NCBI RefSeq assembly: GCF_000196355.1
Contig: NC_007614.1
Span: forward strand, 2,040,001 to 2,072,000
Direction of reading: 5' to 3'
Source of the DNA: Nitrosospira multiformis ATCC 25196
GTDB taxonomy: Bacteria > Pseudomonadota > Gammaproteobacteria > Burkholderiales > Nitrosomonadaceae
Length of the DNA: 32,000 nt
The notes beneath the pieces are model-generated. The model ran no database searches. It saw only the letters and a list, made by a program, of their open reading frames with translations, and had not been told where the DNA came from. Shown here one piece after another: positions 14,989 to 24,132 of the stretch. Numbering within the stretch: the first letter of the stretch is position 1; each line of letters begins with the position of its first letter. A program made the translations under genes and the position numbers.

Positions 14989-16896
14989 ATGGATAAAAAG
15001 GATAAAAAGACCCAACTTCCCATGGACAAAAAAACCCAGATCAACTTCTGGTACGTCATTATCGCGGTACTCGGCATTCTGCTCATACAAAGCATGTATG
15101 CCCGCTATACCAAGGTCGAGCCCATTCCTTATAGCCGCTTTCATACCCTGCTGGACGAGGACAAGATTGCGGAGATAGCCATCACCGAAAATCATATTTA
15201 TGGCACCCTGAAGGGGGAAGGTGCCGACGGGTTGAAGGATTTCGTGACCACGCGGGTGGAACCCGAGCTGGCTGATAAGCTCGATCAACATCACGTGACG
15301 TATACGGGCGTGGTCCAGAGCACATGGATGCGCGATCTGCTGTCGTGGCTATTGCCGATGGCGATTTTTTTCGGGATATGGCTGTTTATCATCCGCCGCA
15401 TGAATCCGGGCGGCATGACGGGCGGGCTGATGTCGATCGGCAAGAGCCGCGCCAAAGTTTTTGTGGAGAAAGAAACCAAGGTAACTTTTGCAGATGTGGC
15501 CGGAGTGGATGAAGCCAAGGAAGAGTTGGAAGAAGTCATCAATTTTTTGAAGGATCCTGCCGGATACAGCCGCCTGGGCGGGCGGGTACCCAAGGGTATC
15601 CTGCTGGTGGGGCCACCGGGTACGGGCAAGACGCTGCTGGCCCGTGCCGTGGCAGGCGAAGCGAATGTTCCGTTCTTCTCGATCTCCGGTTCCGAGTTCG
15701 TAGAGATGTTCGTCGGGGTCGGGGCCGCGCGCGTGCGCGACCTGTTTGAACAAGCGCGCCAGATGGCTCCCGCCATCATCTTTATCGATGAGTTGGATTC
15801 GCTTGGACGAGCCCGGGGCGCCTATGGGCTTGGGGGTCATGACGAGAAGGAGCAGACGCTGAATCAACTGCTGGCCGAGCTTGATGGTTTCGACCCTAAA
15901 AGTGGCGTGGTGCTGCTCGCGGCGACCAACCGGCCCGAAATCCTCGACCCCGCTCTGCTGCGGGCGGGGCGATTTGACCGGCAGGTACTGGTGGATCGGC
16001 CGGACAAAGTGGGGCGAGAACAGATTCTTGCCGTACATCTGAAGAAGGTGAAGCTCGATCCTGACGTAAAAAAAGAGCAGATTGCAGCTTTGACGCCGGG
16101 GTTTACGGGCGCCGATCTCGCCAACCTGGTCAACGAAGCTGCCCTGCTAGCCACCCGCAGGAATGGCGCGGCCGTGACGATGGGGGATTTCAATAACGCC
16201 ATTTTGCGGGTGGTAGCCGGCCTTGAGAAGCGCAACCGCCTGCTCAATCCGGCAGAGCGCCGGGTGGTCGCGTTTCATGAACTGGGACACGCGATGGTGG
16301 CACTCGCCTTGCCTGGAACCGACGCGGTACACAAGGTTTCTATTATCCCGCGTGGAATAGGCGCGCTCGGCTATACAGTGCAGCGGCCGACCGAAGACCG
16401 GTTTCTGATGACCCGGGCAGAGCTGGAAAACAAAATGGCGGTGATGATGGGCGGACGAGCAGCCGAACGTGTGGTATTCAACGAAATATCGACTGGCGCA
16501 TCGGATGACATCGTCCGCGCGACCGACCTTGCCCGTGCGATGGTGCTCCGTTATGGAATGACCGAGGCCCTCGGGAATGTTGCGTATGACCGCGAACGTT
16601 CGCAATTTCTGCAACCCGGCATTCCCATGCCGCAAAGCCGGGACTATAGCGAAGAGACGGCAAACACGGTTGACAGCACTGTGCGTGCGCTCGTCGATGG
16701 TGCATTGAAGCGGGCGATAGAGATATTGGAAAACAACCGCGCGCTGCTCGACCGGACGGCGGAGGAGTTGCTTCGGGTCGAAACGTTGAATGAACCCGAG
16801 ATAGAGAACCTGAAACGGCAGATCACCGCCAGGCCCGTGCTTCCTCGCACCGACACGCCCCTCCCGGAAAAGGACAAAGCCCTGGAGAAAGCGTAG
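14989..16896 (+). CDS. ftsH: ATP-dependent zinc metalloprotease FtsH
   Basis: It has Walker A GPPGTGKT, Walker B IIFIDELD, the second region of homology, and the zinc motif HELGHAMV, plus two N-terminal TM segments. The start is set at ATG 14989 (MDKKDKKTQ..., AAGGA upstream). The ORF-track start at 14827 is a TTG and adds 54 aa with no FtsH-like sequence. Confidence 0.9.
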   Translation: MDKKDKKTQLPMDKKTQINFWYVIIAVLGILLIQSMYARYTKVEPIPYSRFHTLLDEDKIAEIAITENHIYGTLKGEGADGLKDFVTTRVEPELADKLDQHHVTYTGVVQSTWMRDLLSWLLPMAIFFGIWLFIIRRMNPGGMTGGLMSIGKSRAKVFVEKETKVTFADVAGVDEAKEELEEVINFLKDPAGYSRLGGRVPKGILLVGPPGTGKTLLARAVAGEANVPFFSISGSEFVEMFVGVGAARVRDLFEQARQMAPAIIFIDELDSLGRARGAYGLGGHDEKEQTLNQLLAELDGFDPKSGVVLLAATNRPEILDPALLRAGRFDRQVLVDRPDKVGREQILAVHLKKVKLDPDVKKEQIAALTPGFTGADLANLVNEAALLATRRNGAAVTMGDFNNAILRVVAGLEKRNRLLNPAERRVVAFHELGHAMVALALPGTDAVHKVSIIPRGIGALGYTVQRPTEDRFLMTRAELENKMAVMMGGRAAERVVFNEISTGASDDIVRATDLARAMVLRYGMTEALGNVAYDRERSQFLQPGIPMPQSRDYSEETANTVDSTVRALVDGALKRAIEILENNRALLDRTAEELLRVETLNEPEIENLKRQITARPVLPRTDTPLPEKDKALEKA

Positions 16897-16911
16897 GTTT
16901 CGAGTGCTGGC

Positions 16912-16973
16912 TTTTGCATGACGGGTTGCAAAACTGGAACAGGCTCCGCAGGTGTGTGCTGAATCTGTTCCAG
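16912..16973 (+). terminator. Two adjacent stem-loops just downstream of the ftsH stop (possible terminator/RNA-stability element)
   Basis: Two inverted repeats were read directly. The first is TTTTGCA (16912-16918) / TGCAAAA (16927-16933). The second is CTGGAACAG (16934-16942) / CTGTTCCAG (16965-16973). No clear U-tract follows, so intrinsic-terminator status is uncertain. Confidence 0.3.
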
Positions 16974-17710
16974 CCTGGCGATCTCACACTCCCGACCAAG
17001 TCGCGCATGCGCTCAATCTTGACGAGGCATGACACTCCGCCGAAGACTTCCAATGAGCCCCGGATTCCAAAGACTTGGTTTCACGGAAGTGCCCCGTAAT
17101 CTTCCCCCTCCTCAAGTCGCAAAGCTGTCTTTACAGAAAAACTTTTTCTGCTGAATGAGTTCTCCCGGGAACGAAATCACTCCTGCCCCCACCCATTCTC
17201 TTTTCCGTCCGCGCTTTTCATTCTCTCTTCATGCATTTATCCATATAAAAATTTCTATACAGGCTGCAGTTTCCTGTATACTCCGCGCTTCGACGAAAAG
17301 CCCTAATAGCATCACGGCTTTTTTCGGTCCATCGTTCCTGACCGTTTCAGAGCTTTTTCGATTTTCAAGTTTCCAGCGGAAATTGGCGGCACCGTGGTTA
17401 GCGGCGATGTTTGAAACGCCTGATCAATCCTTTACGGGTTCATCAAGCGGTTTCTTATGTATGTGCGCCGGCCGACCAGCAGCCCGTCCGTTTTCGAGGG
17501 TACGTCCTGCTTGCGCGCTCGAGAGCGCATCCAAGAATCAATTCAGGTCACCTGACTCAGACACAACATGGAATGAAAAACATTCCTGTGCAGAACTTGA
17601 CAGTTTTGTTGTAACTCTCTTGGTGCAAAATCCTTCCAAGTAGGGGCTGATGCAAGGAAACCGAGTTTTTTTGAGGATGCACACTTTTTCATTCAACAGG
17701 AAAAAACAAC

Positions 17711-19129
17711 GTGTCTTTTGAAAGTCTGAATCTCCATCCGCTCATTCTTAAAGCCATCAATGATGCGGGTTATACCTCGCCTACTCCCATTCAGGAACAA
17801 GCCATTCCCGAATTGCTGACGGGGCATGATGTCCTGGCATCAGCACAGACCGGCACCGGCAAAACTGCTGCTTTCATGTTGCCCGCTTTGCACCGCCTGG
17901 CTTCTCCTTCCCAGGTACGTAGCCGCGGACCCCGCGTGCTGGTATTGACACCAACGCGGGAACTCGCGCTCCAGGTATCCGAAGCCACTGCCAAATATGG
18001 GAAGTACCTCCCGCGGGCGAAAGTGGTGAGCATACTGGGCGGTATGCCTTACCCGCTGCAAAACAAGCTGCTCTCGCAGGTGGTCGATATTCTTGTGGCC
18101 ACTCCCGGGCGGCTGATCGACCACATCCAACGGGGGCGGATCGATTTTTCCCGCCTGGAAATGCTGGTGCTGGACGAGGCCGATCGCATGCTCGACATGG
18201 GCTTTATAGAGGATGTTGAGCGAATCGCATCGGCCACTCCTGCAACCCGTCAGACCCTGCTGTTTTCAGCCACCCTGGACAGTGCAATGGATAATGTGGC
18301 TGCACGTCTGCTGAATTCACCTAAACGCATCCAGGTAGCGACCTCCAAGGCCCGGTTGAACAATATCGAACAACGGCTGCATTACGTGGACGACATTTCC
18401 CACAAAAACCAGCTGCTGGATCACCTGCTTCGGGATATAGAGCTCAAACAAGCCATCGTTTTTACCGCCACCAAACGTGATGCGGATATGCTCGCCGACG
18501 GTCTTTCCGCCCAGGGTCATGCGGCAGCCGCCCTGCACGGGGACATGAGCCAGCGCGACCGCAATCGTACCCTCATAAAACTGCGCCAGGGCGGCATAAG
18601 AGTACTGGTCGCGACCGATGTAGCCGCGCGGGGAATCGATGTGGCAGGCATTACCCACGTCATCAATTTTGATCTGCCGAAATTTGCCGAAGATTATGTG
18701 CATCGCATCGGGCGGACAGGACGCGCTGGCGCATCAGGAATCGCGGTTTCATTCGCTTCCAGCAAGGATGGAATCCATCTGAAAAAAATCGAACGCTTTA
18801 CCGGGCAGCGCATTGCTTCGCATGTCGTTCCCGGCTTGGAACCCCGCGCTAAACCACGCCCTGGCGCGAGTGCCCAGCCCAGAAGTACGCCTAGTGTCGC
18901 CCATAAACGCAGTCGTACCTGGTCCAGCGATGTTCCGCACCGGAGCAGCGCTTACCGGTCCGATGGAGACTGGAAGGCCGGGCAGAGCCGTTCCCCTGCC
19001 GGTAATCGAGATACATGGGGTAATACAGCGGGCAGTACCAGAGCTGCCAGAGCCGGTAGCGGAGGCAATGGCAGGCGCGATTCATTTGGAAGCACGACCG
19101 GTTCTAGCGCTTATTTCAGGGGGAAGTAG
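17711..19129 (+). CDS. rhlE: DEAD-box ATP-dependent RNA helicase (RhlE-like) with a basic Arg/Gly/Ser-rich C-terminal tail
   Basis: 472-aa ORF with a GTG start. It shows the Q-motif/motif I (TPIQEQAIP..., AQTGTGKT), motif II VLDEADRMLD, SAT, and HRIGRTGRAG. Confidence 0.85.
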   Translation: MSFESLNLHPLILKAINDAGYTSPTPIQEQAIPELLTGHDVLASAQTGTGKTAAFMLPALHRLASPSQVRSRGPRVLVLTPTRELALQVSEATAKYGKYLPRAKVVSILGGMPYPLQNKLLSQVVDILVATPGRLIDHIQRGRIDFSRLEMLVLDEADRMLDMGFIEDVERIASATPATRQTLLFSATLDSAMDNVAARLLNSPKRIQVATSKARLNNIEQRLHYVDDISHKNQLLDHLLRDIELKQAIVFTATKRDADMLADGLSAQGHAAAALHGDMSQRDRNRTLIKLRQGGIRVLVATDVAARGIDVAGITHVINFDLPKFAEDYVHRIGRTGRAGASGIAVSFASSKDGIHLKKIERFTGQRIASHVVPGLEPRAKPRPGASAQPRSTPSVAHKRSRTWSSDVPHRSSAYRSDGDWKAGQSRSPAGNRDTWGNTAGSTRAARAGSGGNGRRDSFGSTTGSSAYFRGK

Positions 19130-19157
19130 GCGTTTCATCCATGTTCTGAAGGACAGC

Positions 19158-19180
19158 AGCGGGGCATTTCCCACCCCGCT
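19158..19180. terminator. GC-rich stem-loop between convergent rhlE and the globin gene (candidate bidirectional terminator)
   Basis: AGCGGGG (19158-19164) pairs with CCCCGCT (19174-19180) across a 9-nt loop. It sits in the 78-bp convergent gap. The flanking T/A tracts are weak. Confidence 0.35.
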
Positions 19181-19208
19181 ATTCGCGCAATCCTTCCTTG
19201 CATCAATT

Positions 19209-19595
19209 TTATTCCGGCTGGTTGCGCATGAAGTCCGCAGTCTGATCGAACGCCATGGCAAGCTTCTTGCGCAAGGCCTCATCCAGATCGATATCCACCA
19301 TGGCGCGATACATGCAGCCCAGCCACTGGTCGCGCTCCGAAGCGCCAATTGGAAAAGGCATATGGCGGCTGCGCAGGCGGGGATCGCCGTACTTGTCGGT
19401 ATAGAGTGTCGGCCCCCCGGTCCAGCCTGAAAGGAACATGAACAATTTCTCCCGGGAACTGGTCAAGTCCTGGGGATGAAGCTTGCGTATGCCGTAATAG
19501 TCGGGATCCTCATCCATCAGGTCATAAAAACGGTCTACCAAACGGCGGATGACCGCTTCCCCACCCATCCGTTCGTAAGCTTCTATAAGATGCAC
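19209..19595 (-). CDS. glbO: Group II truncated haemoglobin (trHbO-type 2-on-2 globin)
   Basis: 128-aa ORF. YERMGGEAVIRRLVDRFYDLMDEDP..., FLSGWTGGP..Y and RLRSRHMPFPIG..ERDQWL match the trHbO family pattern. Confidence 0.8.
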   Translation of the reverse strand: MHLIEAYERMGGEAVIRRLVDRFYDLMDEDPDYYGIRKLHPQDLTSSREKLFMFLSGWTGGPTLYTDKYGDPRLRSRHMPFPIGASERDQWLGCMYRAMVDIDLDEALRKKLAMAFDQTADFMRNQPE

Positions 19596-19645
19596 TTCCT
19601 CCTCCTTCTTTCCTTTAACCAGACTTTAACCAGATCGTCACATCG

Positions 19646-20464
19646 TTAGTGAAGACCGGAAGCACGAGGCATCGCTTCCTCCATTGTTCCCTGCAAGGGT
19701 TCGCGCTTCCTCAGCATGCGTAAAACCCAGTAGATGGCACAAGCGGCAAGCAGATGCTTTACGCTGTGTCCACTGATTGCGTGTCCCAGAGCATAAATCG
19801 GCCGGTCTGTGAATTCCGCAACCTTGGCAAGGGCATAAAGCCCCAGCGCAGTGTAGATGTCTCGTCCGCGGGTATAGCGCGAGCGGAAAAAAACACCCAG
19901 GAGAACGATGACCAGCAACGAATAGAACTGCACGACTACATAAAAGTTCAGATTGCCCACCCCCCGCTGTTCGCTCCAGTACCAGTTCAGTACGGTACCT
20001 GCTCCGATCGCAATCAGGACAGGCAGAAGGCGTGTCCCTGCTTTTGGACCGATCCGGTCGTTGATCGTTGCTGCCAGCAGCGCCATGATGCCGATTGCAA
20101 TGGGTAACCGGTCCCATATCAGACGATCGTTGTCAGGAGCCAGATGGTAGTAAGCTGAACCGAAGCATACCAGGGCCACGTTCAGGAACAAAATCATGAA
20201 AGGCCAGCGTTCGGACGGGAGGGTAAAGGTCTTTGCCGCGCACGAACCTCGAGAGTTCAGCAAAAATACCAGCCCTGCGACTCCAACGAAGAGAAAAGCG
20301 AAATTGGAGATTACATTAAAACAGTTTGGAATGCCGAAACAGTCCCGGCTATCGGCGAAATGGTGGTATGACGAGGGCTGTGGAATGGGCGGAACAATTG
20401 TCGCAAGCAACAACATGGCGACTGAAAGTATAGCCAGTATCCATAATTTGAATTTATTGCTCAA
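19646..20464 (-). CDS. Polytopic membrane protein, alkaline-ceramidase-like (PF05875-like) family, function unknown
   Basis: 272-aa ORF with about 7 hydrophobic segments. The motifs YHHFADSRDCFGIPNCFNVISNFAF and GHAISGHSVKHLLAA resemble bacterial ceramidase-domain proteins as I remember them. The family assignment is unverified. Confidence 0.6.
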   Translation of the reverse strand: MSNKFKLWILAILSVAMLLLATIVPPIPQPSSYHHFADSRDCFGIPNCFNVISNFAFLFVGVAGLVFLLNSRGSCAAKTFTLPSERWPFMILFLNVALVCFGSAYYHLAPDNDRLIWDRLPIAIGIMALLAATINDRIGPKAGTRLLPVLIAIGAGTVLNWYWSEQRGVGNLNFYVVVQFYSLLVIVLLGVFFRSRYTRGRDIYTALGLYALAKVAEFTDRPIYALGHAISGHSVKHLLAACAIYWVLRMLRKREPLQGTMEEAMPRASGLH

Positions 20465-20637
20465 TTACTCGTCCAAACTCGACTGAAGGGCTTTGCATGC
20501 AAATAAGGAAGTGAACCATAATATGACGCATGCAGCATGAAAAGAGAAGACCTGGTATGAGCACAAGTGTTTCAACCCATACAGAAACCTCGTGCGATGC
20601 CAAATCGCTACATCGATTTGAATATCAAGGAGAAATC

Positions 20638-21165
20638 ATGAAAGTACTGGGAGTACTTGCAACGTTAGCGACACTTATCATGACTTTTGGAAGTCGTGGC
20701 GTACTTGCCGAGCCTCTCAAGGTGGGAGAGGCAGCACCGGATTTCAATCTTCCCGATCAAAATGGCAAAAACCACAAGCTCTCGGATTACCACGGCAAAT
20801 GGCTGGCATTGTATTTCTATGTCAAGGACGATACACCCGGGTGCACCAAGCAGGCGTGTAAATTCCGTGATGACATTCACCAATTGAGGGATCTGGGCGC
20901 GGAAGTTGTCGGTGTAAGCGTGGACGATAGCGCAAGCCATGCCAGCTTTGCCAAAAAGTATGATCTTCCCTTTCCGCTTTTGGCGGACAGCAAAGGCGAG
21001 ACTGCCAAGCGTTACGACTCGATATGGAGCCTCATCGGCCTGGCCAAACGCAATACCTACCTCATTGACCCGGAAGGCAGGATCGCTAAAATTTATTTAT
21101 CAGCCAGCGCTTCGCGCAATTCTGCTGAAATAATCGAGGATTTGAAAAGAATGAAGGGTTCCTAG
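20638..21165 (+). CDS. BCP-type peroxiredoxin (AhpC/TSA family) with a predicted N-terminal signal peptide
   Basis: The active site PGCTKQAC has peroxidatic and resolving Cys 5 residues apart, as in E. coli BCP. The start is set at ATG 20638 (AAGGAGA 5 nt upstream), giving MKVLGVLATLATLIMTFGSRGVLA-EP. The ORF-track start at 20530 adds 36 aa with no RBS. Confidence 0.85.
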   Translation: MKVLGVLATLATLIMTFGSRGVLAEPLKVGEAAPDFNLPDQNGKNHKLSDYHGKWLALYFYVKDDTPGCTKQACKFRDDIHQLRDLGAEVVGVSVDDSASHASFAKKYDLPFPLLADSKGETAKRYDSIWSLIGLAKRNTYLIDPEGRIAKIYLSASASRNSAEIIEDLKRMKGS

Positions 21166-21302
21166 TTGCATTGCCAAAGATTTGAAGTGAATCCCGAAAT
21201 GTGAAGCCTTCTCAGATCCTTGTGACGGAAACCGGGAATCATGTCAGCCTATCTGAGATAAAGTAACAGATATTCCTGAAAGCGAATCTTTCGTGGGGTT
21301 CT

Positions 21303-22661
21303 TCATCGCATTCTTGCAACCGCCTCCTCCACCCGTTCCACCGCAATGATTTCGATGCCGGGAGGCGTCGCTTTCGGTTTGTTGGCCTTGGGAACAATGG
21401 CTTGCACAAAACCCAGCTTGGCCGCTTCTCTCAGTCTTTCCAGGCCGCGCTGGACCGGGCGCACTTCTCCCGCCAGACCCACTTCCCCGAACACCACCGT
21501 TTTTTCCGGCAGCGGCCGGTTCTTGAGTGAGGAAACGATTGCCAGCAATACAGCTAAATCGGCACCCGGTTCGGTAATTTTCACGCCCCCCACCGCATTC
21601 ACGAACACATCCTGATCGAAACAGGCGATGCCTGCGTGGCGGTGCAAAACCGCCAGCAACATGGCAAGCCGGTTCTGCTCCAGTCCAACGCTCAACCTTC
21701 TCGCGTTAGGCGAGTGCGCTTCATCCACCAGGGCCTGGATTTCAACGAGAAGCGGCCGGGTGCCTTCCTGTGTCACCATGATGCAGGAACCCGGGACCTG
21801 GCCGCCATGATGAGAAAGAAACAAGGCCGAGGGATTGCTTACCTCCCGCAAACCCTTTTCAGTCATCGCAAAAACGCCCAGTTCATTCACTGCCCCAAAC
21901 CGGTTCTTGAAGGCGCGGATCAGGCGAAAACTCGAATGCGTGTCGCCCTCGAAATAGAGCACCGTATCCACCATGTGCTCCAGTACGCGCGGACCGGCCA
22001 ATGCACCCTCCTTCGTCACATGGCCCACCAGAATCATGCCGGTACCGCTGGCCTTGGCGAGTCGGGTCAATTGCGCGGCGCACTCGCGTACCTGGGCGAC
22101 GGAACCGGGAGCGGATTGCAGCGCGTCGGAATAAACTGTCTGAATGGAATCGATGACGGCCACGTCAGGCTTGCGTTCGGCCAGCACTTCCTGGATTCGC
22201 TCCAGGCGAATTTCCGCCAGCAAATGCAACGCCTTTGCATCGACCCCCATTCGTTTGGCGCGCATCGCCACCTGCCTGGCCGACTCTTCACCGCTCACGT
22301 ACAACACGTTTCTCGCGAGCGGCAGCAAAGACATATTGCATAATGCCTGGAGCAGCAGCGTGGATTTGCCGATTCCCGGATCGCCCCCCAGCAATACCAC
22401 ACCACCCTGCACAAGGCCTCCGCCCAGCACCCGGTCAAACTCGAGCAAACCTGTCGAATAACGCTGCTCTTCCTCCGCTTCCACTTCACTCAAGCTCTGA
22501 ACTTCCCTGCTTTCTGAGACGGGAGTGAATCGCGCTGCCGCCTTTTCGCTCATCGCCTCGACAAGGGTGTTCCATGCCTGGCAATGCGGGCATTGACCCT
22601 GCCATTTCAAAGTCTGGCCGCCGCATTCGGTGCAGGAATAAGTAGATTTGGATTTAGCCAT
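21303..22661 (-). CDS. radA: DNA repair protein RadA/Sms
   Basis: 452-aa ORF with an N-terminal zinc ribbon CTECGGQTLKWQGQCPHCQAWNT, Walker A GDPGIGKST, a KNRFG motif and a Lon-like C-terminal domain. Confidence 0.95.
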   Translation of the reverse strand: MAKSKSTYSCTECGGQTLKWQGQCPHCQAWNTLVEAMSEKAAARFTPVSESREVQSLSEVEAEEEQRYSTGLLEFDRVLGGGLVQGGVVLLGGDPGIGKSTLLLQALCNMSLLPLARNVLYVSGEESARQVAMRAKRMGVDAKALHLLAEIRLERIQEVLAERKPDVAVIDSIQTVYSDALQSAPGSVAQVRECAAQLTRLAKASGTGMILVGHVTKEGALAGPRVLEHMVDTVLYFEGDTHSSFRLIRAFKNRFGAVNELGVFAMTEKGLREVSNPSALFLSHHGGQVPGSCIMVTQEGTRPLLVEIQALVDEAHSPNARRLSVGLEQNRLAMLLAVLHRHAGIACFDQDVFVNAVGGVKITEPGADLAVLLAIVSSLKNRPLPEKTVVFGEVGLAGEVRPVQRGLERLREAAKLGFVQAIVPKANKPKATPPGIEIIAVERVEEAVARMR

Positions 22662-22747
22662 GTATGGAAAACCGGAATTTGTTATCGCCCTGAAAGCTCA
22701 ATCATCGAAGTAATATATTTCATTTCCACGAACCACGTCATAGATAT

Positions 22748-22768
22748 ATGGCAGACAGCAGGTGCCAT
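22748..22768 (-). terminator. Weak stem-loop downstream of the FMN-protein gene
   Basis: ATGGCA (22748-22753) pairs with TGCCAT (22763-22768) across a 9-nt loop, about 30 nt after the stop at 22799. An A/T-rich sequence follows on the minus strand, but no clean U-run. Confidence 0.25.
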
Positions 22769-22798
22769 CCAGCGCAAGGATTACCTCAGTTTCGGCGG

Positions 22799-24121
22799 TC
22801 AGGGATTTGAGGGATCGACACCGGCATAGGGAATTCCAGCCAACCTCGATATTTCGGCTTTCCAGGTGCAAATATCATCCCGGCTAAATTCCCGCAGGGA
22901 ATGGTGGCCGCAGGCTCTTGTCATGATCTTCATCAGGTGTACACTGCCGTTGAAAAACAGCGCCAGGTCACGCGCCCTGGCGTCGACGTCGATCTTGTTG
23001 ACCAAGTGTTGGGCATGGGTTGCTATGCCGGCAGGACAATCGCCGGAGTAGCAGATGCGCGCACCGGTACAGCCAATTGCCTGCAGCGCACTATTGGCCA
23101 GCGCGATTCCGTCGGCTCCCAAGGCTAACGCCTTAATGAAATCGGAAGGAATGCGCAAACCGCCGGTAATAATCAGGGTCACGCTATTCTTTGCACCTTT
23201 CTCATGGCCTGCGACGTCGAGAAATTTTCTCGCCCGCGCCAATGCAGCGATCGTTGGCACTGAAATATGGTCCCGGAAAATCCCCGGCGCAGCACCGGTA
23301 CTGCCACCTCGTCCATCGAGAATGATGTAATCGGCCCCGGCATCGAGCGCGAAGCGCATGTCATCCTCGATGTGGTTTGCGCTTATCTTGAAACCAATCG
23401 GAATGCCGCCCATCTGGTCGCGGATCTGATCGGCAAAATCAGCAAAATCGCGGGGTGTGTGGAAATCGGCAAAGGTGGATGGGGAGATCGCATCCTTGCC
23501 GACTTCAATCTGGCGTGCCTTGGCAATCTCCTCCGTAACCTTGCCTCCCGGCAAATGCCCACCTGTACCGGTCTTGGCCGCCTGCCCGCCCTTGAAGTGA
23601 AACGCCTTGACTTTGCCTTTAAAATCCTTCGAAAACTGACTCAAGTCGCTGTTTTTCTTCAGGCCGTTGCGCGCGCTGCCCAATTCGAACATATAACTTT
23701 GATTCAGCTCGAGTTCATCCCCCAGAATGCCGCCCTCACCTGAACAGATCGCAGTGCCGGCCAGATCAGCCCCCTTTGACAATGCCTGCTTGGCCCTTTT
23801 CGACAGCGCGCCATAACTCATATCGCCAACCAGCAGCGGGATATCCAGAACCAGGGGTTTTTGGGCACGCGGACCGATCACCAGCTGAGTATCCACCGGG
23901 GCATCATCTATTAATGGTTTTTTATGGAGCTGCGCTGTCAGAATCTGGATATCGTCCCATTTGGGCAGCGTATCCTTCGGCACCCCCATGGATACCACCG
24001 GCCCGTGATGGATTTCATCGGGATAGTCGATAAGCTCACGTCCCAGTTCGATCATCTGCAAAATGTCGAACCGAGTGTTTTCGATGCTGGCCGCTATGCT
24101 CTTTTTCAATTCTTCGTTCAT
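22799..24121 (-). CDS. Stand-alone FMN-binding glutamate-synthase-domain (GltB domain 2-like) family protein
   Basis: 440-aa ORF. The TIM-barrel FMN-domain pattern is present (MSYGALS, GEGG, KISANHIEDD..., DYIILDGRGGSTGAAP, GGLRIPSDFIKALALGADGIALANSAL). No amidotransferase or GltD-like domain is attached. The start lies 11 nt after the stop of the upstream cytochrome-like gene. Confidence 0.85.
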   Translation of the reverse strand: MNEELKKSIAASIENTRFDILQMIELGRELIDYPDEIHHGPVVSMGVPKDTLPKWDDIQILTAQLHKKPLIDDAPVDTQLVIGPRAQKPLVLDIPLLVGDMSYGALSKRAKQALSKGADLAGTAICSGEGGILGDELELNQSYMFELGSARNGLKKNSDLSQFSKDFKGKVKAFHFKGGQAAKTGTGGHLPGGKVTEEIAKARQIEVGKDAISPSTFADFHTPRDFADFADQIRDQMGGIPIGFKISANHIEDDMRFALDAGADYIILDGRGGSTGAAPGIFRDHISVPTIAALARARKFLDVAGHEKGAKNSVTLIITGGLRIPSDFIKALALGADGIALANSALQAIGCTGARICYSGDCPAGIATHAQHLVNKIDVDARARDLALFFNGSVHLMKIMTRACGHHSLREFSRDDICTWKAEISRLAGIPYAGVDPSNP

Positions 24122-24132
24122 TATTGCATCCT

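Noticed and set aside
17155-17643. 162-aa ORF in the rhlE upstream gap
   Set aside because: It has no RBS, an odd Ser/Phe/Pro/Cys-rich composition and no motif. It is treated as non-coding, and the region is reported as a possible long leader instead.
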